From: Paragordius varius
Taxonomy: Eukaryota; Animalia; Nematomorpha
DNA length: 64,000 nt
NCBI GenBank assembly: GCA_964247055.1
Contig: OZ176057.1
Location: 6,138,001-6,202,000 of the forward strand
Direction: 5' to 3'
In this document: positions 10,801-21,378 of the stretch, piece after piece
Layout of the letters: every line of letters begins with the position of its first letter
How positions within the stretch are numbered: the first letter of the stretch is position 1
Program-made: the position numbers and the translations under genes
Notes under the pieces: model-generated
The model's database searches: none
What the model was told of the DNA's origin: nothing
The model's input: only the letters and a program-made list of their open reading frames with translations

Positions 10801-12172
10801 ATAAAAAAAACTGATTATAAGAACTGATTAATAAAAACAACTGATTTATAAAAACAACTGATTTATAAAAACAACTGATTTATAAAAACAACTGATTTAT
10901 AAAAACAACTGATTTATAAAAACAACTCATTTATAAAAACAACTCATTTATAAAAACAACTCATTTATAAAAACAACTGATTTATAAAAATAACTGATTT
11001 ATAAAAACAAATGATTAATAAAAACAAATGATTAATAAAAACAACTGATTAATACAACTGATTAATAAAATCAACTGATTAATAAAATCAACTGATTAAT
11101 AAAATCAACTGATTAATAAAATCAACTGATTAATAAAATCAACTGATTAATAAAACAACTGATTAATAAAATCAACTAATTAATTAAAACAACTGATTAA
11201 TAAAAACAACTGATTAATAAAAACAACTGATTAATAAAAACAAATGATTAATAAACACAACTGATTAATAAAAACAACTGATTAATAAAAACAACTGATT
11301 AATAAAAACAACTGATTAATAAAAACAACTCATTAATTAAAACAATTGTAATTAAAAACAACTGATTAATAAAAACAACTGATTAATAAAAACAACTGAT
11401 TAATAAAAACAACTGATTAATAAAAACAACTGATTAATAAAAACAACTGATTAATAAACACAACTGATTAATAAACACAACTGATTAATAAAAACAACTG
11501 ATTAATAAAAACAACTGATTAATAAAAACAACTGATTAATAAAAACAACTGATTAATAAAAACAACTGCTTAATAAAAACAACTGATTAATTAAAACAAC
11601 TGATTAATTAAAACAACTGATTAATTAAAACAACTGATTAATTAAAACAACTGATTAATTAAAACAACTGATTAATTAAAACAACTGATTAATTTAAACA
11701 ACTGATTAATTTAAACAACTGATTAATAAAAACAACTGATTAATCAAAACAAATGAATAATTAAAATAACTAGTTGAATAAAAACAACTGATTAATAAAA
11801 ACAACTGTTTAATTAAAACTGATTAATAAAAACAATTGAATAATTAAAATAACTAGTTGAATAAAAATAACTGTTAATAAAATAAATGATTAATAACAAC
11901 TGATTAATAAAAATAACTGATTAATTAAAACAACTGATTAATTAAAACAACTGATTAATAAAAACAAATGATTATTTAAAACAATTTAAAACAACTGATT
12001 AATAAAAACAACTGATTAATAAAAACAACTGATTAATAAAAACAACTGATTAATAAAAACAACTGATTAATAAAAACAACTGATTAATTAAAACAACTGA
12101 TTAATTAAAACAACTGATTAATTAAAACAAATGATTACTAAAACAATGATTAATAAAAACAACTGATTAAAA
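10801..12172. repeat. 17-bp minisatellite AAAAACAACTGATT(A/T)AT, roughly 80 monomers
   Basis: Tandem array read directly. Confidence 0.97.
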
Positions 12173-12699
12173 ATCTTTTAAAATTATTTTAAAAAATTCA
12201 ACGGTTTCAATAATGTTAAATATATATTTTAAAATAAAATTTCTGTTTAATATAACTATAATAATAAATTACTTATTTGAATTATAAAACAGTAAAAAAA
12301 TTACCGAATTCCGAAATATCAAGTTAAAATCTATTCATTTATGATTCGTTTCAGTTTTTCCGCAAATAATTGATTGAGGCAATACATTCTAAAAAAATAA
12401 ATATATAAATTGATAAATATAAACGATTAATTACAATATAATAATTCAAAAAAACGCTATTTAAGAATGAATGATATGTTTTGTGTTTAAATATTTAAAA
12501 AACCGATTTGCGGACATTTTATTAAGCAATTTTGTAGAATTGAGTGAAGTCATATATACAATTTAAGCATTTTTCAAAAAACTTGCGATTTTTAGGCAAT
12601 TATTATTATCTACAACATTTGGATTTATAGGCATATTTTTAACTAATTTTTACCTAATTATAAGTATATTTTTAGCAGATTATAAGTATATTTTAACTG

Positions 12700-13620
12700 A
12701 TTTTAAGGAAATTTTTAGCAAATATTAACAAAAGTTTAATCGATTTTTAACAAATATTAAGGCAACTTTAACCGATTTTTAGCAAATTTTAAGGAAACTT
12801 TAACCGATTAGCAAATTTTAAGGAAACTTTAACCGATTTTTAGCAAATTTTAAGGAAACTTTAACCGATTTTTAGCAAATTTTAAGACAAATTTTAACCG
12901 ATTTTTAGCAAATTTTAAGAAAACTTTAACCGATTTTTAGCAAATTTTAAGGAAACTTTAACCGATTAGCAAATTTTAAGGAAACTTTAACCGATTAGCA
13001 AATTTTAAGGAAACTTTAACCGATTATTAGCAGATTTTAGAAATGTTTAACCGATTTTTAGCAAATTTTAAGGAAACTTTAACCGATTTTTAGCAAATTT
13101 TAAGAAAACTTTAACCGATTAGCAAATTTTAAGAAACTTTAACCGATTTTTAGCAAATTTTAAGGAAACTTTAACCGATTTTTAGCAAATTTTAAGAAAA
13201 CTTTAACCGATTTTTAGCAAATTTTAAGGAAACTTTAACCGATTAGCAAATTTTAAGGAAACTTTAACCGATTAGCAAATTTTAAGGAAACTTTAATCGA
13301 TTTTTAGCAAATTTTAAGGAAACTTTAATCGATTTTTAGCAAATTTTAAGAAAAGTTTAATGGATTTTTAGCAAATTTTAAGAAAACTTTAACGGATTTT
13401 TAGCAAATTTTAAGGATACTTTAACCGATTTTTAGCAAATTTTAAGGTAACTTTAACCAATTTTTAGCAAATTTTAAGGAAATTTTAACCGATTTTTAGC
13501 AAATTTTAAGGTAACTTTAACCAATTTTTAGCAAATTTTAAGAAAACTTTAACCGATTTTTAACAAATTTTAAGGAAATTTTAACCGATTTTTGAAATTT
13601 ACAACCTTTAACCAATTTTT
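12700..13620. repeat. 32/29-bp minisatellite (TTT)TTAGCAAATTTTAAGGAAACTTTAACCGA, roughly 30 monomers
   Basis: Tandem array read directly. Confidence 0.96.
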
Positions 13621-13870
13621 ATAACTTCTAATTGATTTTTAAACAATTTCTCACTTTTTTTAACAAACTTTTAACAGTTTTTAATAATTTTAGTATATAT
13701 TTGCGAAACTTTAAAACCATTTTTATTATTTTTTAAACTACCTTAAGAAGTTTTATGCATGAAAAAATAGAAGACATGAAAAGAAGGCGTTATATCAATG
13801 AATAAACGTCAGAAAATCCCAAGAAACCAATTTGTTGTGCATATTTAAATACTAGGAATTTTTTAGAGGA

Positions 13871-14080
13871 GAGGTGGCCAACACGCTGCTCTCCAAAATA
13901 TTGAGACTGCACGAGTTTTAAGAAAATTTAAGGGAAATTCACTATCTTAAACAAATTTCTGAACGGAATTTTAAGGAATTTTGACAATTTCCCAAAAAAT
14001 GATAATAAAATAGTGGTTTCTACAGCATCATTTTTTATATCTAATAAAATTTTAGTTAATGCGGCCCGCGAAGCCATATA
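13871..14080. mobile_element. Possible hAT-type non-autonomous relic
   Basis: gAGGTGGCCAAC resembles CAGGGGTGGCCAAC-type hAT termini, and TGCGGCCCGCG is a common hAT subterminal motif. Only short motifs support this. Confidence 0.35.
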
Positions 14081-14929
14081 ATATGAATTTATTTGTTAAG
14101 AAATTAAATTTTATAGGACAAGCATGCACAATAACAACATAAGTACGTACACCTTTATATGTTAACATTTCCTCTCCCTTATCAAAATTTTTTTACATGA
14201 TTTTAGAGAAAAAAATTCAATACAAAAATATTTTACCAAGTGCTAAATATGTAAAATTATTTTAAATTGCAAGGATATTTTAGATTTCAAAACAGGCAAG
14301 CATCTAAATAATTTTAACAAATGTTCACCTTTCTATTTATTTCATCTTCCTTAAACAAATGAAAAAAAAATAAATTATAAAAGATCAAGAAACCCACTTG
14401 TTAGCAATATATTACTATAGTAATTAAACATGTATTTATTTTTTTAAAAAAAATGGAAAATTACAGTATAATTAAAAAAATATTACTGGGTTTGTGTTAA
14501 TGTATTTGCCAGATAGAATTCTCAATTAAATTATAGGCTAATAGCAAGAAAAGATTCTTCTTGTTGAAGTCAATAAATGTTCTTTACTATCAATCGTATC
14601 TGACAATATTTTAATGCAAACCCAGCAATGCATTTGTAATTATACTGTATATATATATATAAAACATGCAAAACTTACATATATTGTTTGATGATTACAA
14701 TTTTATTGGAACGAATTTTCCCATCATTTCAGTCGTATAATATCAACCATGTTTGCAATAATTTGTCTTTTAATTGGTGGTTATATTGTACATTGTTTCT
14801 AGGATTAGGTTGGACAGTTTCCTTTTTTTTCAATTAACAATGGTAGTATTCTAATAATTAAATAAAAACAATTTACTTTATATAGATAGTAATGGCAATA
14901 CATTGTATAGCAAAGGGAAGTTGCATATG

Positions 14930-15350
14930 CACCCAATCTATCCACAGGATCTCAAAAAATGTGCGAGGAAAAAAAAATTAAATAAATCAAAAAAAGTAAA
15001 ATTTTCGCCCTTTATATAGGCCGAAATGTATATGTAATCTTTTTATCCAATCAAATTAATGTGTGCATTTGCGCCTTTTTCTCCCCCCTTCTGGAAAAAT
15101 GTTTCTTCACATATCTTTCGTTTCCCTCTCTTATTATTCCTATTATGTATTATATTACTTATTCCCTCCCTTTCTTTACTGCGCATTAACATTGTTTGGG
15201 CGCCTCTATTTTATTATTCCCTCTCCCCCCCATGTGCACATTCCAATAAAACATATTACATTATAATATAGCATCCATCCATCCATCATATATATATAAA
15301 TAAATCTTTTTTCATTATTACAATAATAATGTTATTTGGCTGGCGCCTAT
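14930..15350. promoter_or_regulatory. Promoter-like island (CCAAT boxes, E2F-like GCGCC/TCGCCC motifs, CT-rich tracts)
   Basis: CCAAT at 14933 and 15047; TTTTCGCCC at 15002, TTTGCGCC at 15068, TTTGGGCGCC at 15195 and TGGCGCC at 15341, in an otherwise CpG-poor region. Motif evidence only. Confidence 0.25.
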
Positions 15351-16599
15351 AAAGAATGTAAATCGTATTCAGAGAAAAATATGTTAAAAAAATATGGCAA
15401 TAATATTTTAACAATCTCCCTCTCTCTATTAATAATAAATGATAAATTTAAATTTATTTTCATACTTGAATGTTTGATTACACAAATGGCTAATATCATC
15501 AAAAATTAATTAATTAATTAATTAATCTAATTTGTTTCAATATTAAAATAACAAATTTTAATAGAGGTATTTAAGTTTTAACCTGTGTAATTTGATTAAT
15601 ATATTGGTTCATAATTTAGTGATCTTGGAATTTTTTTTCTAAAATAACGCAGATGGTTTTTAAAAAGTTTATAGATTATTATCTAAAAGATTTATAATTA
15701 TTTTAATTTTATGCTTTGTGCAATCAACTAATATCAATTTAATGTTAAAATCAAATACATCATATAATAAGCTTTCAACAACAAGAGCTCTGATTTTTTT
15801 GGATTTCCATTTCATTAAAATCAATCATCACAGATAGTTTATTTAGGTAAAAGATATTTAAAGTGTGCTTACGATAATTACCAATATATGATAATTCTCT
15901 ATTAATTTATACTAATATATATATTAATTTTAAAATGGGAATCAATCAAATATAAGTTATTATTCTGTTTTAATTCAATTAAAAAAATATGTAAATAAGA
16001 TTGAAAATAAGTTATGTCCTGTGGGGATAAGGGTTAAGGTAAGAAGTTTGGTTTCAGTTTTTAAACAGAAAGCTGAAAATCTGTTTTTCATTAAGAGTTA
16101 TCTGTATTAAACCAAAATTTAAACTTTTTTTATAGCATAGAACGATACAGAATATCTGGGAATGGCTAACTTAACATTCAATAACCTTTAAAAGTGTAAT
16201 AATTCTCAATTGAGAAATGGTTGAATCCTAACAATTTTATTTAAAATTAAAACATCGTTCATGCGAAAATGTCTTTAGAATTAAACAGGAATCAACAGTT
16301 TAGGTTAAATATTAACTAATCTTTCAAAAATCAATCAAAAGAGTTTCTTCATTTAATAATTATGTATAACCACACGACAATAACATGAACTAACTAAAAC
16401 ACGATATCAATGTTGGATAAAAATATCAATAAATTCCTCAACTTTTTTAATAATTAGTTCCCGTTAGCTGAAAAAGCTGAATATAAATCTTATTTTAAAA
16501 CAATAGGCATTTCAAATTCTTTACTACGATTTAAAAAACCAATAAAAATATTTGGTTATATGGTAAAAAATGTAAATTATTTCAATCCTTAGTTTATGT

Positions 16600-16710
16600 A
16601 AGGTTTCGAGTTTGTGGGCTAGGGTTAGGGTGAGGGATTGGAGTTGGTTCATTTCCTTAAAGAAGTCCGCAGGACTTCCTCGGGCTGCGTAGCAGGCCGA
16701 GACCCACGCA
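16600..16710 (+). mobile_element. Best-preserved end of a dispersed non-autonomous repeat: G4 motif plus two hairpins (copies 32782-32892, 49049-49159 minus)
   Basis: GGGCTAGGGTTAGGGTGAGGG at 16616-16636, GAAGTCC-GCA-GGACTTC at 16662-16678 and CTCGGGCTGC-GTA-GCAGGCCGAG at 16679-16701. The same module occurs inverted at 7778-7860. Confidence 0.55.
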
Positions 16711-17412
16711 TTTTCTTTTTACTTATACCTTATATTTATGGTGGATAATTATGTACTTGAATATAAAAATATCATTTTAACATTATTTATAATAGAGAGA
16801 TAGGTAAAATATGTTGAATTGTTTTAGGAAATAATTAGAGATCGGTGTAAAGAGCATTGGATACATTAAGCTATAAGGAATTACAAAGATTACATAATGT
16901 TTACATTTAATTTTTATTATCCAAATCTTAATATATATATTATATAGTTTAGGCATAGTTATATAATTTTTATCTACTTTAATGAAAATGTGTTGGCTAA
17001 AAATTATTGGCAAGTATTCTGCTAATTATATATTGATTTTCAAATAAATAAAACTTTTCCAACAAATCTTATATTATTTTTAGATGTTTTTTTAAAAAAT
17101 TAAAAATTAATTACTATTTAAAACTAGAATGCTTTGTCCAAACTAGACCACTTAAATTTAAAAATAGGAAATTAATGATAAACATAGCTAAATTCAAAAA
17201 TTATTTCTTTTTTAATTGTATATTCATGGCATTATAAGTTTAATTATTAAAAATTTTAGGTTTCTGCAGGAAAAATTGTGCATTGCTCTAAGTTACATGG
17301 TGTCAAGAATAAAATGTTAAATAAGGAAATTATATTTAATCATTAATATATGTGCAAGATTTATTTATATGTTTTTGGCGTCAAATAAGATTCATAGAAA
17401 TTTTATTTGTAA

Positions 17413-17485
17413 GCTAAGGTTAGGTTAGATATTAGAGTTGGTTCATTTATCTAAAAAAGTCCGCAGGACTTCTTCGGGCTGCGAA
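17413..17485 (+). mobile_element. Degenerate copy of the same G4/hairpin module
   Basis: gctaaggttaggttag...gagttggttcattt...aagtccgcaggacttcttcgggctgcg. Confidence 0.55.
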
Positions 17486-19034
17486 ACAGGCTAAGAACAT
17501 CCGTTGTTGTTTTAGATTTAAATTTAATTAAAATCACTATAACATCGCTCATATACAAATACAAAAATTAATTTTATCAAACAAGGATATTATTCCTAAC
17601 AAAACCATTTATGAAACCAAAAAATTGGTTATAATATAGTATTTTTATCACAAATAAAAATTCGAAATAGTTTAAAATAAATTTTTCAGATAATAGTAGT
17701 AGAACAAAATCAATATTGAAAGTTCAGCTCTATGTAAGGTATTGCAATTGTTTTAGGTTCAAAAGAAGACTTGTAAAGCAATAAAGTATTAAAATTTAGG
17801 TCAAAATATTTAATTTTAAGGATTGTAAATATCGGTGTTAATACTCTCAATATATATAATAAAGATTAAAAAATGAGGATCTGGTCAACTTGCATATATA
17901 TATATATTATATAATTTTATGAATATATAATTATTTAAAGCTTTTATTATTTTATTTTGGTATAATAGTGATTAATATTGGTAAGCAAATAACCTTGAAA
18001 TCATAATAATATTTACCCATATATATATATATATATATGAATGAGTTATCAGACCTTCACAGATATAATTACCCATGATGTAATATATAAGAGGCATCAA
18101 TACAATTTAAATATAAAATATCCATATTAAAAAAATTTATTTATATTCTCATCTTTATTGGAGTCAAAAATATTTTTGCCATACTACATAAATTATATTT
18201 AAACATCAACATTAACGATATAAGCTAATTTTATTTAAGTCCAAATTTTTTAATCCAAATTAATTTCTTTTATGCTAGGTGGTATTCATACATACATAAA
18301 TTCAAAAATTTGCTTCACAATACAAAATTACTCTTTCGGGCAGAATGGTTCATTATATGTTTACTTTGTTTCGAAAAAGTTATGGCATTTAGAATGCGTC
18401 GTTTAGTTGAAAATATTTTACAGTTTTCAATGGATTTACGAATTGAACAAACTAAAACTTCAACTTTATTCGAAAAGCAAATGTGGGCCTGATTCCGTAT
18501 CAAATATGGAAGTTAAGCGTAATATTTGGATCTTGCAGTATGTAGCAAATATAAATGTTATTTTTGTTTTTACAATTTTGACCTTTGTAAACTTTAATGA
18601 CAATCAATATATCTACCCCTTATTTTGCAATTGAAAATGTTTAAAATTTTTTGAAAAATCTTTTAAGTTTGCAAATATGGTTGCCATTTGTAAAAAAAAA
18701 TAGTTTTTATATTTTATAACGTATTTTCCGTGTATTTTTTAATATTTACTGTATATGTAACGATTTTGCTGATAAATATTTCACATATTTGTCTAATTCA
18801 CTTCCTTAACAAACCAACATTATTTCTAATTAAATCCTTTTTTATCATTTCCTGTTTTTTCTCTATATATCTGTGTAGGAAATCATAGGAACGAACATAT
18901 ATAATCAAAACAAGGCTTCCTCCCCGTTTTTGCGACAATGTTGCTGGCAAACAATGTCATTACATTATTCTTTAGTCTCATTACATAGGCCTTTTTCAAA
19001 TTTTGGCTATTGAATTTGCCTTCATTCCTACTCG

Positions 19035-19122
19035 ATGAAGATATTAAACAGATTTATTCAAATGTTGGCCAAGGATGAAAAGATTTGTGATATTGTGCGC
19101 AAACGGAAAAAGAATAAAAAAG
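19035..19122 (+). CDS. Candidate upstream exon of the Lys/Ser-rich gene (copies 35217-35304 and 46637-46724 minus)
   Basis: ATG...MKILNRFIQMLAKDEKICDIVRKRKKNKK then G|gtatta, a phase-1 donor compatible with the phase-1 acceptor at U905 of the next unit. Unverified. Confidence 0.3.
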
Positions 19123-19393
19123 GTATTATTCAAATAATATTTAAAATAAAATTTTTAAATGTGTTCAAGTTTGTTAACTTTGAAGATTTAAAATATACCT
19201 TTATTTACTGTGGCAAAGTTTATTACTTTTTGTAGTTTTGATTACCTTATCGAACTGTATGCGGGTAGATATGGTGGGATATATTGCACTTTAAGAGTGT
19301 CCTTGAACACTTCAGGTTTGTCCTTTGACTTTTTTGTTTTGTTTTTAACTTTTATCTTCCACTCGGACATCATTCAATTTTATCGTTTTTAAC

Positions 19394-20128
19394 TTATTTT
19401 TTATTTTAAATTTTAAATCAATATCAACTTCATGATTAAGCAAGTTAATCTTTATTAATTCCCTAAAATTATTTGGAATTTATAAGATTTTAACGACTAA
19501 TTATATATAAGTTTCTGGTTTATTATTACAATTTTTCATTGAAAACATGTTAAGTTATAATTTTGTTGGATTGGAAAAAATTATTTCATTAAAAAAGTGG
19601 TTTTTGAATAAATTATTTTTTTTAAATGAATAAATATATAATAAATAAACAGAATTAGGTTAAAAATTAATAAAATAAAACCTACATCCAAAAATTATGG
19701 TTAATACAAAATTTAAAAATTTTAAGGATTAACTTGAGGTGTTTAAGGACCAACTTGAAGTGTTTAAGGACCGAAGTGTTAAAGGACCAACTTAAAGTGT
19801 AACAACTTAGAGTGTCTAAAGAACTTAAAACGTTTATGGACACTCTGAATAATTTATTTATCACACAAGTCATAAATCAATATTGCAAATATTTTTTAGA
19901 TGAATTTTTTTAAACTATGTTATTGCTTTCACGGTTCCATTTAGGGTATCATAGTGTTCCATGCTCATTTTTGCTTCATTTTTTGTATCAAGCTACTGAT
20001 TTCAGTACTAAACGGTTTTTGCAAATCAAAATCATTATTAAAGTCCATTTAGCAGTTTATTTTATTATAAAACTTGATCACGAGAGATGCCTGAAGTCGT
20101 ATTATGCGTTAACATACATTCTTTCATT
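19394..20128 (+). repeat. Head-to-tail continuation of the unit (U1-735), cut by a gap
   Basis: Matches 1-735 and ends at the first N. Confidence 0.97.
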
Positions 20129-20329
20129 NNNNNNNNNNNNNNNNNNNNNNNNNNNNNNNNNNNNNNNNNNNNNNNNNNNNNNNNNNNNNNNNNNNNNNNN
20201 NNNNNNNNNNNNNNNNNNNNNNNNNNNNNNNNNNNNNNNNNNNNNNNNNNNNNNNNNNNNNNNNNNNNNNNNNNNNNNNNNNNNNNNNNNNNNNNNNNNN
20301 NNNNNNNNNNNNNNNNNNNNNNNNNNNNA
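20129..20329. other. Assembly gap (~200 N)
   Basis: Run of N. The near-fixed size suggests a scaffolding placeholder rather than a measured distance. Confidence 0.99.
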
Positions 20330-20348
20330 ATTTTTAATAAATACTAAC

Positions 20349-21378
20349 CAAAAATAGGGTTTCCCCTTAACGGATAGCCCCCAAGATTAAACACGTGTGA
20401 ATGGTCAGCTGTTACTATAATTAACGTTTCAGATTCATCAGCTGTCTTATTTTCTTCATCCAGATCAGCTGATTTTTGAGTTCGATCCACGAGGTAAGAA
20501 ACAACTTTTTCCAACTCTAGCGTTTCTTCCAAAGCTAGTCTGGCCTTCCCTTCATGATGTGCGTGATCTATGCGACTTCCTGGTAGTTTAAAATAAGATT
20601 GAAACTTTTAAATAAAGTTATACAAACAAAAAGACAAATAATTATTTAAAAGACAACAACCATACTTTTTACAACTTTTATTCTATATAAACTATTTTTT
20701 AATTAACTATGAAATATATTGTGTTAATTATCAACCTATTTCATAATTTGCGCATTTAAAGCAGTATAGCGATCTTGACCTATTTATCCTTTGAATAATA
20801 GCCAAAATTTCAAGGAGTCGAATTGAAAAAATTGCTAAAAATAATTTTATTTTGGCTAACTTATTGTATATGGAAAATAATAGTATTTTTTTGATTTTAT
20901 AGCTAATTTATTTTAAATTACAAAATAGATATAATAATTAAGAACGAAAAGGGCTAAAAATAATAAATGCTCCTATTTCAAACCCAAGCAAATTAATTTT
21001 TTGTTTTGGTTCCTATTGTTTTTTGCTAATATGTGTTGATAATTTGTATTGTAATGATTATTTAATAAGTCACAGTTTGGTGTACACTATTACTTGAACA
21101 ATTAAAATAAACCATTAAATAAAAAAATATTTAAAAATAAAACAATCAATATATTTTAAAAAAACAAAAGTTATATTTTCAGATATACGGTTTAAATTTT
21201 TAAAATTAAATGAAAATTATCGATATATCATATATACCTTCGACCAATAAAAAATATCCGGCGTCGTCTTTGTTGGATAAAATGTCAACTGCTTTGGTGA
21301 CCATTTCAAGCAAAGTCGGTTCAGAACTACTCGCCTCTTTTTTCGATACGTAACTCATGAGATCGTGGGCAAACAAGC
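20349..21378 (-). CDS. ALP: Alkaline phosphatase exons (copies of U4167-4397 and U5056-5196)
   Basis: Identical copy at +16182: exons 20349-20579 and 21238-21378. Confidence 0.88.

Larger units (their letters stand above)
1..19393 (+). repeat. 19,393-bp unit U, reference copy
   Basis: Sequence at 1 recurs at 19394 and 35576. ORF-track entries recur at constant offsets of +19393, +16182 and +35575. Confidence 0.97.

Noticed and set aside
10801-12172. CRISPR-like array
   Set aside because: Monomers are contiguous with no unique spacers, there are no cas genes, and the context is eukaryotic.
16616-16636. Telomere or interstitial telomeric array
   Set aside because: There is only one true TTAGGG, inside a fixed dispersed module. 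It is not a tandem (TTAGGG)n tract.
7593-19392. Short ORF-track ORFs in the AT-rich spacer (7593, 8627, 8771, 15059, 15063, 16783, 18315, 18407, 19210) and their copies
   Set aside because: They are F/I/K/L/N-biased as expected by chance in AT-rich DNA, several overlap repeats, and they have no motifs. Recurrence only reflects the unit duplication.
19917-20357. ORFs spanning the N-gaps (also 39633-39948)
   Set aside because: They stay open only because N translates as X.
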